In this document: positions 38,392 through 46,809 of the stretch, one piece after another
Position numbering within the stretch: position 1 is the first letter of the stretch
Layout: each line of letters starts with the position of its first letter
Assembly: GCA_041674765.1 (NCBI GenBank)
Contig: JBAYVE010000003.1
Coordinates: 2,040 to 66,039 of the forward strand
Direction of reading: 5' to 3'
DNA: 64,000 bases
Source of the DNA: Patescibacteria group bacterium
Lineage (GTDB): Bacteria > Patescibacteriota > UBA1384 > XYA2-FULL-43-10 > 1-14-0-10-43-13
The notes under the pieces: generated by a model
The model's input: only the letters and a program-made list of their open reading frames with translations
Told to the model about the DNA's origin: nothing
Databases searched by the model: none
Position numbers and translations under genes: made by a program

Positions 38392-39867
38392 ATGCAAATA
38401 TCAAAATCAGACTACATGCTTTTTCTTCGCCATCCGGCTTGGCTGTGGCTCAAGAAACATGACAAAGACAAATTACCGCCGGTTGATGATGATACTCAAG
38501 CGATTTTTGACGCTGGTTTTCTGTTTGAATCATATGCCGAGCAGTTATTTTCTGACACAATCAAACTGGGATTTGATGGTTATGGAGAATATTTATCCCT
38601 TACCCGAAGAACCAAAGAAGCGATTGATAGTGGGGCTAAAACAATTATACAGGCCAGATTCGAAGCTGGAGAGATTACCTGTATTTGTGATGTGCTAGTT
38701 AAAGTTGATTATAATACTTTCGATCTATATGAAATTAAATCAAGTACCAGTGCGAAACCTGAGCATCTTCCTGATTTAGCCTTTCAAAAAGAAGTCATCA
38801 CTCGAAGTGGTTACAAAGTGAATAGGATATTTGTTGTTCATGTTAATTATGAGTATGTGAAAGACGGAGAGATCAAAGCTTGTGATCTTTGCAAGAGCTG
38901 TGATGTTACAGATCAAGTGAACGAGCTTGAGGAGGCAACTCGTGAGAATATCAAAAAAGCGCTTGAGATTGTTAATCAACGAAAATGTCCCGATCTGTCA
39001 CCTAGTCACTGTAAACTTGGTGCTTTTGGCGATTGGCTTTCGATATACAAAACTCTGTCAGATATCGATGAGTATAGTATTTATCATCTGTGTTCGCCTG
39101 GAGCCCAACGAATAGGTGGTCTTGAAGAGTTAGGTATAAGACGTCTTCATGAGATCCCGGATGATTTTGCTTTAACCGAAAAACAACAGCGGCAAGTGCT
39201 GGCAACGAAGACCGACTGTGTGATTGCAGATAAAGCCAAAATCAAAGAATTCCTTACCGAACTACAGTTCCCTTTATATTTTCTCGATTATGAAACTCTT
39301 TCAAGTGTTGTGCCGTATTTTGATGGCTTGGGACCTTATAAGCAACTGCCCTTCCAATATTCTTTGCATGTTTTAGATTCCCCCGATGCCAAGATAAAAC
39401 ATTTCGAATATTTACATAGCGATAATTCGAATCCAGTCAAACCACTGACCGAAGCATTGAAATCACAAATCGGAACCGAAGGTACTGTGCTCGTCTGGTT
39501 TGAAGGCTTTGAAAAGACTTGCAACGAATTGATGGGCAAAATCATTCCGAAATACGCTGACTTTTATCAATCTATAAACGAACGAGTCGTTGATTTGATG
39601 AAACCATTCGCAGATGGCCATTATGTCCATAAAGACTTCTTTGGTAGCGCTTCAATCAAAAAAGTTTTGCCAGTGCTAATCCCTGAGTTATCATACAAAG
39701 AACTAGATATTCACGCTGGTGGTGCAGCTCAAAGACTCTGGACGGAAGCTGTCCTTGACGGAAAAAGAGCTGACGAAAAAGACAAAATTTTGAGTGACTT
39801 ACTTAAGTATTGCGAGCTTGATACTCTGGCCATGGTTAGGATTTATCAATTTCTAGCCGATTTATAA
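38392..39867 (+). CDS. DUF2779-like protein: Cas4/RecB-like PD-(D/E)xK nuclease N-domain plus DEDD-like exonuclease C-domain
   Basis: N-terminus ISKSDYMLFLRHPAWLWLKKH matches the recalled DUF2779 start (LSKS.F..G.QC.K.LWL). Cys clusters CDLCKSC and CPDLSPSHC. Mid-protein YFLDYETLS resembles an Exo-I DxE motif. Confidence 0.55.
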   Translation: MQISKSDYMLFLRHPAWLWLKKHDKDKLPPVDDDTQAIFDAGFLFESYAEQLFSDTIKLGFDGYGEYLSLTRRTKEAIDSGAKTIIQARFEAGEITCICDVLVKVDYNTFDLYEIKSSTSAKPEHLPDLAFQKEVITRSGYKVNRIFVVHVNYEYVKDGEIKACDLCKSCDVTDQVNELEEATRENIKKALEIVNQRKCPDLSPSHCKLGAFGDWLSIYKTLSDIDEYSIYHLCSPGAQRIGGLEELGIRRLHEIPDDFALTEKQQRQVLATKTDCVIADKAKIKEFLTELQFPLYFLDYETLSSVVPYFDGLGPYKQLPFQYSLHVLDSPDAKIKHFEYLHSDNSNPVKPLTEALKSQIGTEGTVLVWFEGFEKTCNELMGKIIPKYADFYQSINERVVDLMKPFADGHYVHKDFFGSASIKKVLPVLIPELSYKELDIHAGGAAQRLWTEAVLDGKRADEKDKILSDLLKYCELDTLAMVRIYQFLADL

Positions 39868-39891
39868 ATTGAAGAAAAGGGAGAAATATAA

Positions 39892-40440
39892 TTGAACAAA
39901 AAACATCACAATGAGAACACAAACTATTTCCTTCGTACTCTGGGTTGTATTGGTAATAGTAATATATTAAGTAATCATATTAAAATAATATATGACCGGC
40001 TATCGCATAAAGGCAGTAATTTTACTGCTGAAAATGATACTGATTATTATAGCTGGTTGACTTTAAACGTTATTTCCATTTCACAGGAACTTGAACACAA
40101 ATATTATAGACACAACCCTAATCATTCGCCAGAAAACAACCAGCTACTGTATAAAAATATTATTGATTATTTTAAGATTCACCTTGATTTAGAAAACAAG
40201 AACAAATTGCATTACGTTTATAGCACTATGGAATTAAGACATCGGATAATACATCTTGGTGTCCCAAATTTGATAATAAATGTTAAGAATAAAAAGTTTA
40301 TTCAAAATGTGCTTGATGGTGATTATAAGCTTGCCGAAAAGTACTTTCAGAAAGCCATGACATTGTTATGGATAATTCCCGATCCAATTGCCGAACTCCC
40401 TGGAATATGCCAGATTGGTACTTACTTAGAAAATAACTGA
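39892..40440 (+). CDS. hypothetical 182-aa protein
   Basis: ORF in an operon-like array. No motif recognised. Confidence 0.4.
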   Translation: MNKKHHNENTNYFLRTLGCIGNSNILSNHIKIIYDRLSHKGSNFTAENDTDYYSWLTLNVISISQELEHKYYRHNPNHSPENNQLLYKNIIDYFKIHLDLENKNKLHYVYSTMELRHRIIHLGVPNLIINVKNKKFIQNVLDGDYKLAEKYFQKAMTLLWIIPDPIAELPGICQIGTYLENN

Positions 40441-40447
40441 TAACTGT

Positions 40448-41752
40448 ATGCAACTTAATTCTGATCAAAAAGGTAAAATTGGAGAGAAATTTATACATGA
40501 TATGGCATATCAGTCATTTTTAAAGTACTGGTGTTATCCCAATCCAAAAGACGAGAAAGGTGATAAAAAAGAAATTTGTGATCTACTAATACTCTTTAAA
40601 GATACTCTGATTATCATTTGTGTTAAAAATCTAGAATTTAAAGGGAATTACGATAGATATTTTCGAAAATCAATTGAGAAGGATATTAAGCAGGTTTATG
40701 GCGCAGAGCGCAAGCTAACAAACAAAGAAATCGAGACGTTTATTAAACACCCTGATCGAGAGATCGAAAAAATTAACAAAAAAAGCATAAACAAAATAAT
40801 ACGCTTAGTTGTTCATCTTGGAGATGACATTCAGTTTTACCCAATATTTGATTTATCAAAAAATCAAGAATTCGTTAACATTTTTGATAAAGATACTTTT
40901 TTCACACTTGTCTCAGAGCTTGATACAATACCAGACTTTATTGACTATCTTGAAAAGAGAGAACAAATATTTCAAAAAACTGACGCAATAATTTTACCGA
41001 AAGAAGAGTATGACTTCGACGAAGAAACAGCATTGCAATTTTTTGATTATGACTCACAAAAACCATCCCCTGCCGATAAGAAACACATTTTGATTTCTGG
41101 TTCTGAATGTGATTTATTGGCATATTATTTAATGAATAATCGTCAATTTATTGAGCATTTGTCATCAAAAGAACTTAATAGTCTCTCTTTGCAAATTGAT
41201 GGCAAATGGAAAGAGTTTATTAAAAATAAGCAACTTCTTGCCAAGAAAAATTTAGACAAGGTTAGTTATTTTATAGATGAATTTGTTAGAAAAGAGATAC
41301 TTGCTTGCCAAAATCCTAAATCAGTCAGAATGGCCCAGGAATTACTGTCTTTTAATAGGTTTGAGCGCCGAATTATTTCCAAATCGTTTTTTGAGTTTTA
41401 TGATCGATATAAAGATAGTCATGGATATAAAATTGGCAGAAGATTCGGTGAAGTTAATGGAGTTGGAATTGTTTTTATATTCTATTCTTCGGACATGAAA
41501 GAAGAGCATGTTAATCAATCATTATCTTTAGCAATGGATAGTTTTTGCATATATAATGGATATAAAAATAATAAAATGATCCTGATAGCAACAACTAATA
41601 ATCTTAGCCAATTTAAATATGGTTTAGTCGAGAATATAGTTCCATTTGATAGAGTTACGGAAAAAGCGATAATGGAAGATGCGAAACAACTTGGCTGGTT
41701 TACACAATTACAATATATTAATTGGCATGAAAAGGAATATCCGGATTGTTAG
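40448..41752 (+). CDS. NERD-like (nuclease-related domain) protein, 434 aa
   Basis: N-terminus GKIGEKFIHD...EICDLLILFKDTLIIICVKN fits the NERD pattern (GxxGE ... EIDxLlI...gIfVIEVKN). Confidence 0.45.
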   Translation: MQLNSDQKGKIGEKFIHDMAYQSFLKYWCYPNPKDEKGDKKEICDLLILFKDTLIIICVKNLEFKGNYDRYFRKSIEKDIKQVYGAERKLTNKEIETFIKHPDREIEKINKKSINKIIRLVVHLGDDIQFYPIFDLSKNQEFVNIFDKDTFFTLVSELDTIPDFIDYLEKREQIFQKTDAIILPKEEYDFDEETALQFFDYDSQKPSPADKKHILISGSECDLLAYYLMNNRQFIEHLSSKELNSLSLQIDGKWKEFIKNKQLLAKKNLDKVSYFIDEFVRKEILACQNPKSVRMAQELLSFNRFERRIISKSFFEFYDRYKDSHGYKIGRRFGEVNGVGIVFIFYSSDMKEEHVNQSLSLAMDSFCIYNGYKNNKMILIATTNNLSQFKYGLVENIVPFDRVTEKAIMEDAKQLGWFTQLQYINWHEKEYPDC

Positions 41753-41783
41753 GTAATTAGTAATAAATGAGATTATCAAGAAA

Positions 41784-42251
41784 ATGAAAGTTCAAGAATT
41801 TGATAAAAATGACAAAGTATCAACTTTCTTCATCGATCGCTGGGGATGCGATTTTATAGTTTCAGGTGAAGAGAAATTATATGGCAAAGATTTGCCTGGT
41901 TTTGCAGTGTACGGAGACAATAAAATTATTGGCTTGTTGACCTATCATCTTAAAAACAATGAGTGCGAGATTGTAACGCTTGATTCGATTGAACTAAATA
42001 GTGGAATCGGATCTGCTCTGCTCAATGCTATGGTTAAAAAAGCAATTGATAATAAATACTCAAGACTCTGGTTAATGACTACTAATGATAATATTGATGC
42101 AATGCGTTTTTATCAGAAACGAGGTTTTGTTTTTAGTGGGATTAACATAGATGCAATTCAAAAAAGCCGTGACCTGGGGCAAGAAATACCAGAGACGGGT
42201 CATTATAATATACCTATTAGAGACGAGATTGAGCTTGAATATCAATTATAG
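41784..42251 (+). CDS. GNAT acetyltransferase
   Basis: LDSIELNSGIGSALLNAMVK and RFYQKRGF motifs. Confidence 0.65.
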   Translation: MKVQEFDKNDKVSTFFIDRWGCDFIVSGEEKLYGKDLPGFAVYGDNKIIGLLTYHLKNNECEIVTLDSIELNSGIGSALLNAMVKKAIDNKYSRLWLMTTNDNIDAMRFYQKRGFVFSGINIDAIQKSRDLGQEIPETGHYNIPIRDEIELEYQL

Positions 42252-42259
42252 TAAAAAAT

Positions 42260-42748
42260 ATGATTTACCATCCAGAATTATTTTATCTTCAAGACACAAA
42301 AAACTTTCCGCTTAAGAAAGCACTTTTAGCGACTGCGAAAGCAGTTTCGACCTTTTCTTATGATTATTATTCTGAGCTCATTACTCCTAAAAAAGGAATC
42401 AAGGATAAAATTCGGCAAGGCACATTACCTCAAGATAAAGCAGCAAGAGAAAAATTGATTGAAGAAATATTTGATTGGATCACGGACAATTCGGAATGCT
42501 GGGATTTATTTGCTTTATTTTTATATGGAAACCCTCGGAATACTAAGCGGGATGAGTGCGATAAATTTGACCATCATGATGATACTTGTTGCTGGGTATT
42601 AAACCTATCAGAAGAAGAGTTTTTAAAAGTTCAAAAAGTCTGGCAAGGAAATGGTCTGCCATCTGATTTATTTTATAATCGAGATCTAGGTGTTCAAAAG
42701 GGTTGGCGATATTATTCGCCGAAACGATGGGAAGCTCGTAATAAATAA
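42260..42748 (+). CDS. hypothetical 162-aa protein
   Basis: ORF between two GNAT genes. No motif recognised. Confidence 0.4.
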   Translation: MIYHPELFYLQDTKNFPLKKALLATAKAVSTFSYDYYSELITPKKGIKDKIRQGTLPQDKAAREKLIEEIFDWITDNSECWDLFALFLYGNPRNTKRDECDKFDHHDDTCCWVLNLSEEEFLKVQKVWQGNGLPSDLFYNRDLGVQKGWRYYSPKRWEARNK

Positions 42749-42780
42749 ACGCTTATTAACTTATTACAAAAGAGATACGT

Positions 42781-43317
42781 ATGAAAGAATTAAACCTAAG
42801 GGCTCTTAATAAAAACGATGAGGTTGCTCACACATTATTCATTAGTGAAATGATGGAAGCCGACGGTAGAATTGTGCCAACAGCTATGGAAATTATGGAG
42901 AGTGATCAATTATTTGAAAATTGGTTAGAACGTAAGAGCAACGAATCAAAAGGTATCGGTCTACCAGAAGGAAAAGTGCCTGCAACGCTATTGTGCTTGT
43001 TTGGAGAAGGTGAAAGTAAAATACTTGGTGCGGTACATATTAGACATGAATTAAATGAGCATTTATTGCTTCATGGTGGAAATATTGGTTATGGAGTCAC
43101 ACCATCTGAACGCAAAAAGGGTTATGCAAATGCAATGCTTTCAATGGCTTTAGATTTTTGTAAGAATTTAGGACTGGATAAAACTTTAGTTACTTGTGAT
43201 AAGGACAACATTGGCTCTGCTAAAACTATTCAGAAAAATGGTGGCGTGCTATGGGATGAATTTGTCAGCGAGCGAGATGGAAAATTAACTCAAAGATATT
43301 GGATTAGCCTTAAGTAA
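42781..43317 (+). CDS. GNAT acetyltransferase
   Basis: HGGNIGYGVTPSERKKGYANAML and QKNGGV motifs. Confidence 0.65.
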   Translation: MKELNLRALNKNDEVAHTLFISEMMEADGRIVPTAMEIMESDQLFENWLERKSNESKGIGLPEGKVPATLLCLFGEGESKILGAVHIRHELNEHLLLHGGNIGYGVTPSERKKGYANAMLSMALDFCKNLGLDKTLVTCDKDNIGSAKTIQKNGGVLWDEFVSERDGKLTQRYWISLK

Positions 43318-43569
43318 TTCTTTCTGGGCTTTTTTAATTGCTGCTTTGATTTTCTCTTTATCGTTTGGCTTTACGGTAATCATAGTTTTGACACCGGTAT
43401 TTGTATCAATAATTATATGCGGGTCATCGCTCCACGGTAGATAATTTATTTCTGTAATCTGCTTAACCGGAATCACCGTTTTGTCCATTCCTCGGAAAAT
43501 TGAGAATTTCTCCTCGGTAATTCGAATCTCGCCACCTTTTGGGATCTTTGTTTGAAATAATGTTTCCAT
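43285..43569 (-). CDS. hypothetical 94-aa protein
   Basis: ORF only. Overlaps the GNAT 3' end on the opposite strand, so the call is weak. Confidence 0.3.
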   Translation of the reverse strand: METLFQTKIPKGGEIRITEEKFSIFRGMDKTVIPVKQITEINYLPWSDDPHIIIDTNTGVKTMITVKPNDKEKIKAAIKKAQKELLKANPISLS

Positions 43570-43616
43570 TTTTTCCCCTTGTTAATTAATATTTAACTTC
43601 CTTGATAATAAAAAAG

Positions 43617-43696
43617 GACAACCACTAGGTTGTCGAGACCAACAACAGGTTGTGCCTATTGCTTATTGTGGTTGCCCTTATTTCAAGCACAACCAC
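43617..43696. other. cluster of hairpins built on a repeated ACAACCAC/GGTTGT core (possible small structured RNA or protein-binding site)
   Basis: GACAACC-acta-GGTTGTC, ACAAC-ag-GTTGT, GTGGTTG-15nt-CAACCAC. The 9-mer ACAACCACT occurs twice. Confidence 0.3.
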
Positions 43697-43829
43697 TCTG
43701 GCCAAAAAAATGACTTGAGTAAAAATACCTTTTTGTTGATCTCGACGTGATTATCTTATCAGTTGGAGTAAAAAGATTCAATGTCTAGTACGTGTCTAAT
43801 ACGTGTTCAAAAAAAGCGAATTGAAGGAG

Positions 43830-44237
43830 TTACTTTAAGTATTTTTGAATAATACTGTTTGTTTGGTTTGCGATTCTTTTCTTGGCAACTGGGATGAGTT
43901 CTGAAACAGAAGATCTAGTCTTTTCGAAGGCCTCTTCTAAAGTAATTCCGTTATTATAATGCTCTTTTTCATATACTTGCACCTCCTTTGCCATTTCTTC
44001 GGTAACCGATTCTGGGTTCTTTAATCCTCTTTCAACTTTGATCCACCAGGCCAATTCGTTTCTTAGTTTGGTAAATTCGATCGCATCTTCTCTCTCCATC
44101 AAAAAACCAAACCGGTTCTTTACTTTTTGAATCGATTTCCCAATCTCTTTGTCGTTTGGCTCTTGGACTTCTGGTCCCAATTTAGCATTATCTTTATTCA
44201 TAGCATTTCCTTCTTTTTTAATTGAATAACAAACCAA
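43830..44237 (-). CDS. hypothetical protein co-operonic with the PLD-like gene
   Basis: Overlaps the PLD-like gene by 20 nt on the same strand. The true start may be MNKDNAK at 44201. Confidence 0.4.
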   Translation of the reverse strand: MVCYSIKKEGNAMNKDNAKLGPEVQEPNDKEIGKSIQKVKNRFGFLMEREDAIEFTKLRNELAWWIKVERGLKNPESVTEEMAKEVQVYEKEHYNNGITLEEAFEKTRSSVSELIPVAKKRIANQTNSIIQKYLK

Positions 44238-44943
44238 TCAGTGACGCAATCGTCACAGTACTTTTCAATAATAGCACTAAAAAATGAATTGCAAAAATTA
44301 TCACAATTACAACAGCTGGGGAAGCAGCGCAAATAATTATAAGCAATGCCTTTTTTCTGTTTTTCTCTCGTATGCTTATGACGAGTCCTTGGTACATTTT
44401 TTCATACAATTTCTTGTACTCGGCAACCAACATCTTGTTGAGGCCTAAAAACTCAAGCATTTTTAAGCTCGTTGTTTCATCATCTATTCTTCTCATTATC
44501 TCTCTACTTTGTCTTTGTGAAAGGATGTTTAGACTGCCTTCCCACAATATTTTACGATCAATCACAGCCATTTTTTGATGGATAAAGCCTGGCAGATAAA
44601 TAATCGTTGCTCCGTATTCCTCGTACTCTCTCAAGGCGCAGGATATTTCACTTTTTGCAAAGTATTCGTGCTCTTCTAGTGGTCTCGTAAAGATGAATAT
44701 TGGTATATTTCTTTGCCGAAGCTTGATAAATGTATCTTTGAAGAAACTGGATCGAAATTTGGATATAAATGGGCAATGAATAACAACTTCCTTTTGCGCT
44801 GATAATAAATCTTTGACAAACGCTTTGTAAAAAGTCTTTTCGTTAAACAGCTCAAGCTTGCTGATCCTTTCATAGGTCTCAAGATCGACTTCCTGCTGTT
44901 TTTTTGCTAGATACCTTTGATAAGATGGCGTTAAAACTGGCAT
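44218..44943 (-). CDS. PLD-family (HKD-motif) nuclease/phosphodiesterase-like protein with a C-terminal TM anchor
   Basis: HQKMAVID...EGSLNILSQ single HxKxxxxD...GSxN motif. C-terminal ALLIIICAASPAVVIVIIFAIHFLVLLL. Confidence 0.6.
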   Translation of the reverse strand: MPVLTPSYQRYLAKKQQEVDLETYERISKLELFNEKTFYKAFVKDLLSAQKEVVIHCPFISKFRSSFFKDTFIKLRQRNIPIFIFTRPLEEHEYFAKSEISCALREYEEYGATIIYLPGFIHQKMAVIDRKILWEGSLNILSQRQSREIMRRIDDETTSLKMLEFLGLNKMLVAEYKKLYEKMYQGLVISIREKNRKKALLIIICAASPAVVIVIIFAIHFLVLLLKSTVTIASLIGLLFN

Positions 44944-44987
44944 TTCTTCCTCCTTTATTATTTTATTAAGCTGGAAATTTTCGTTAA

Positions 44988-45007
44988 TTGTGATATATTT
45001 GTGATAT
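44988..45007. promoter_or_regulatory. direct repeat TTGTGATAT x2 at 11-bp spacing overlapping the XRE start codon (candidate operator or -10 elements)
   Basis: TTGTGATATATTTGTGATATG read directly. Lies in the divergent intergenic region between the PLD-like and XRE genes. Confidence 0.3.
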
Positions 45008-45221
45008 GAACAAGAAACAAAGCGAAGATATATTCAAAGATTTGGGTGTGAAGCTCAGGGGTTTTCGCGAGAAAACTGGAATGACCCAAGCGGAAGTGGC
45101 TGAACAGGCCGGAATTCATGTAAATTATTATGCTCGGATTGAGAGAGGCGAAGAGAATCCTACATATGAAGTGCTTCTCAAAATCAAGAGCGCACTAAAA
45201 ATAAAGTCAGATCTCGTCTAA
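45006..45221 (+). CDS. XRE-family HTH transcriptional regulator
   Basis: MTQAEVAEQAGIHVNYYARIERGEENPTYEVLLKI. Confidence 0.8.
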   Translation: MNKKQSEDIFKDLGVKLRGFREKTGMTQAEVAEQAGIHVNYYARIERGEENPTYEVLLKIKSALKIKSDLV

Positions 45222-45406
45222 CTCCTTTTGTTCTTTGTAAATTTCCCTTAATTTAGGCTCCCAATCCAGAACTATATCGAAAAAGGTGTTCCATGTTTCA
45301 AGATTAAGGTCCACCAATAAAAAGATTAGTCCTAGACTAGTCTTTTTATTATACCTGTAGCGAATAATAGAACCCTGCCTTAAAAAGAAGGAGGGCCAGC
45401 GTGCAG

Positions 45407-46411
45407 CTAGCCCTTGGGGTTGAACGAGGGGTAGGGAAATTTGGAGTTCAATTTCCCACAGAATCTGAGGATGGCATCTCGAGGAGTTTGTAGCAACGAC
45501 AGTGCTTGCAGCAAGGCAACGACTCGCTGTGGTGCTAAGGTGATCCAACTTGGAATGATATAGCACCAGATCGAGCATCCTTGGCAGAATGCATGCTTGC
45601 CCTGCATTTTCATCGCCTTTAAACGATGAGATGAGTTTACCGCTTCGCGAAGATTCAAGTCGTCGAGCGATATACTGCCCACTTCCCGATGGAAACAAGG
45701 CAGAACCAGGCGGTTGTCAGACGAGATTGTAAGAACCGAACTAACAGCCTTGCAGGTGGGGTTTTGAATATTATTTCCACCTCGTGCAATAAATCTCAAC
45801 TTACCGCGACTTGTTTGAACATCGGCCTGTTTCGCAAACCAGAGCAACAACTCCATCTCATCTGAACTGAACTCTGAATCAAACAGTGGATTTACATTGA
45901 TCATTACGCCAAATTCTCTCGCTAAACGCAGAACATCACAGAATATTTCAGATCTTATATTACCTTTTTCTCCAGGCATTACAGTAAAAAGCAATTGAGT
46001 TGGTCTATTCTGTCTCACTGAACGAGCCAGTTCCAATCCATGGAGAATACTGGGGTAAAAACCATGTCCATGGTGATTGTGATAAGACTCATCACCATCA
46101 ATCGAAAAGCGAAGAATTGTTGGTAAGCCGATTAATTCTTCGCCTCGTCTGGCAATCATCGGTCCACTGACGGTAAGTGAACTGACTTGATCCAGACGGT
46201 TTGATAACTTCAATGCTTCTCCTAGCCAATCGCAGAGCAATGGATTGCCACCTGTGAAATCGACATAAGGAATTCGAAGTTCTTTGATCTGGAGCAAAAG
46301 GCCTGCAATCTTGTCGAAATCAGCATCTCCAGGATAGGAGGAGCGAACTCGGCAGAAACTGCAGACATGATCACACCTTGTAGTGCAATACAGTTGAACT
46401 GCCGAGAGCAT
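45407..46411 (-). CDS. radical SAM enzyme with a C-terminal Cys-rich auxiliary-cluster region, in a second small GC-rich island
   Basis: Start set at ATG 46411 (RBS AAAGGAG). CDHVCSFC Cx3Cx2C, FTGGNPLL motif, C-terminal C..C...C (HAFCQGCSIWC). About 50% GC against about 35% in the flanks. Confidence 0.75.
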   Translation of the reverse strand: MLSAVQLYCTTRCDHVCSFCRVRSSYPGDADFDKIAGLLLQIKELRIPYVDFTGGNPLLCDWLGEALKLSNRLDQVSSLTVSGPMIARRGEELIGLPTILRFSIDGDESYHNHHGHGFYPSILHGLELARSVRQNRPTQLLFTVMPGEKGNIRSEIFCDVLRLAREFGVMINVNPLFDSEFSSDEMELLLWFAKQADVQTSRGKLRFIARGGNNIQNPTCKAVSSVLTISSDNRLVLPCFHREVGSISLDDLNLREAVNSSHRLKAMKMQGKHAFCQGCSIWCYIIPSWITLAPQRVVALLQALSLLQTPRDAILRFCGKLNSKFPYPSFNPKG

Positions 46412-46579
46412 CTCGATCTCCTTTCTGGAAGATAAGACGACAATAACAAAAATGTAGTAATATGACAATTTAATGAGCTTAAGTTTCATTTCGAACCGTT
46501 ACACTTTAAAAAAAGACATCCCAACCTGTTTCCTTGTAATATGGTAGTACCAGCTAACATATACTAGGAGGGAATTAGA

Positions 46580-46717
46580 ATGTCTTACACTTATCTTACC
46601 AGAGATGATCGAATTAGTTTAAGTGCACTTTTGAAGGAGGGCTTGAATCTTTTTTTAAGCATTTTTTATTGTAGAAAAACCTCGAAAATGATATTGTTAC
46701 TCATGAAGAAGCAATAA
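46580..46717 (+). mobile_element. 45-aa ORF whose first ~23 aa resemble the N-terminal HTH of IS30-family transposases; likely a remnant
   Basis: AGGAGG RBS, then MSYTYLTRDDRISLSALLKEGLN (cf. IS30-family M-S-Y-T-H-L-T-x-E-E-R-x-x-I-E-x-L-L-K-x-G). The ORF then diverges and stops. No downstream transposase body in any frame. Confidence 0.3.
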
Positions 46718-46809
46718 GGTGTTGGATCCCCGGGTCATGGTGTTGCCCGTTCGACTTTCACTCAGGGCAAGCTCTATCCGAGGATGACACTATTTATTAG
46801 AGGATCCAG

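Noticed and set aside
45207-45698. 163-aa ORF overlapping the 3' third of the radical SAM gene in another frame
   Set aside because: It has no recognisable domain and spans a GC-rich/AT-rich composition break, which is most consistent with a chance ORF. It is kept only as a caveat (possible frameshift) in the finding on that island.
46720-46809. Possible T-box or leader riboswitch upstream of leuS
   Set aside because: I looked for the T-box consensus (AGGGTGGNACCGCG) and a specifier/antiterminator arrangement. Only a weak AAGGTGTTGGATCCCCGGG resemblance and a 6-7-bp hairpin are present, which is not enough to call.
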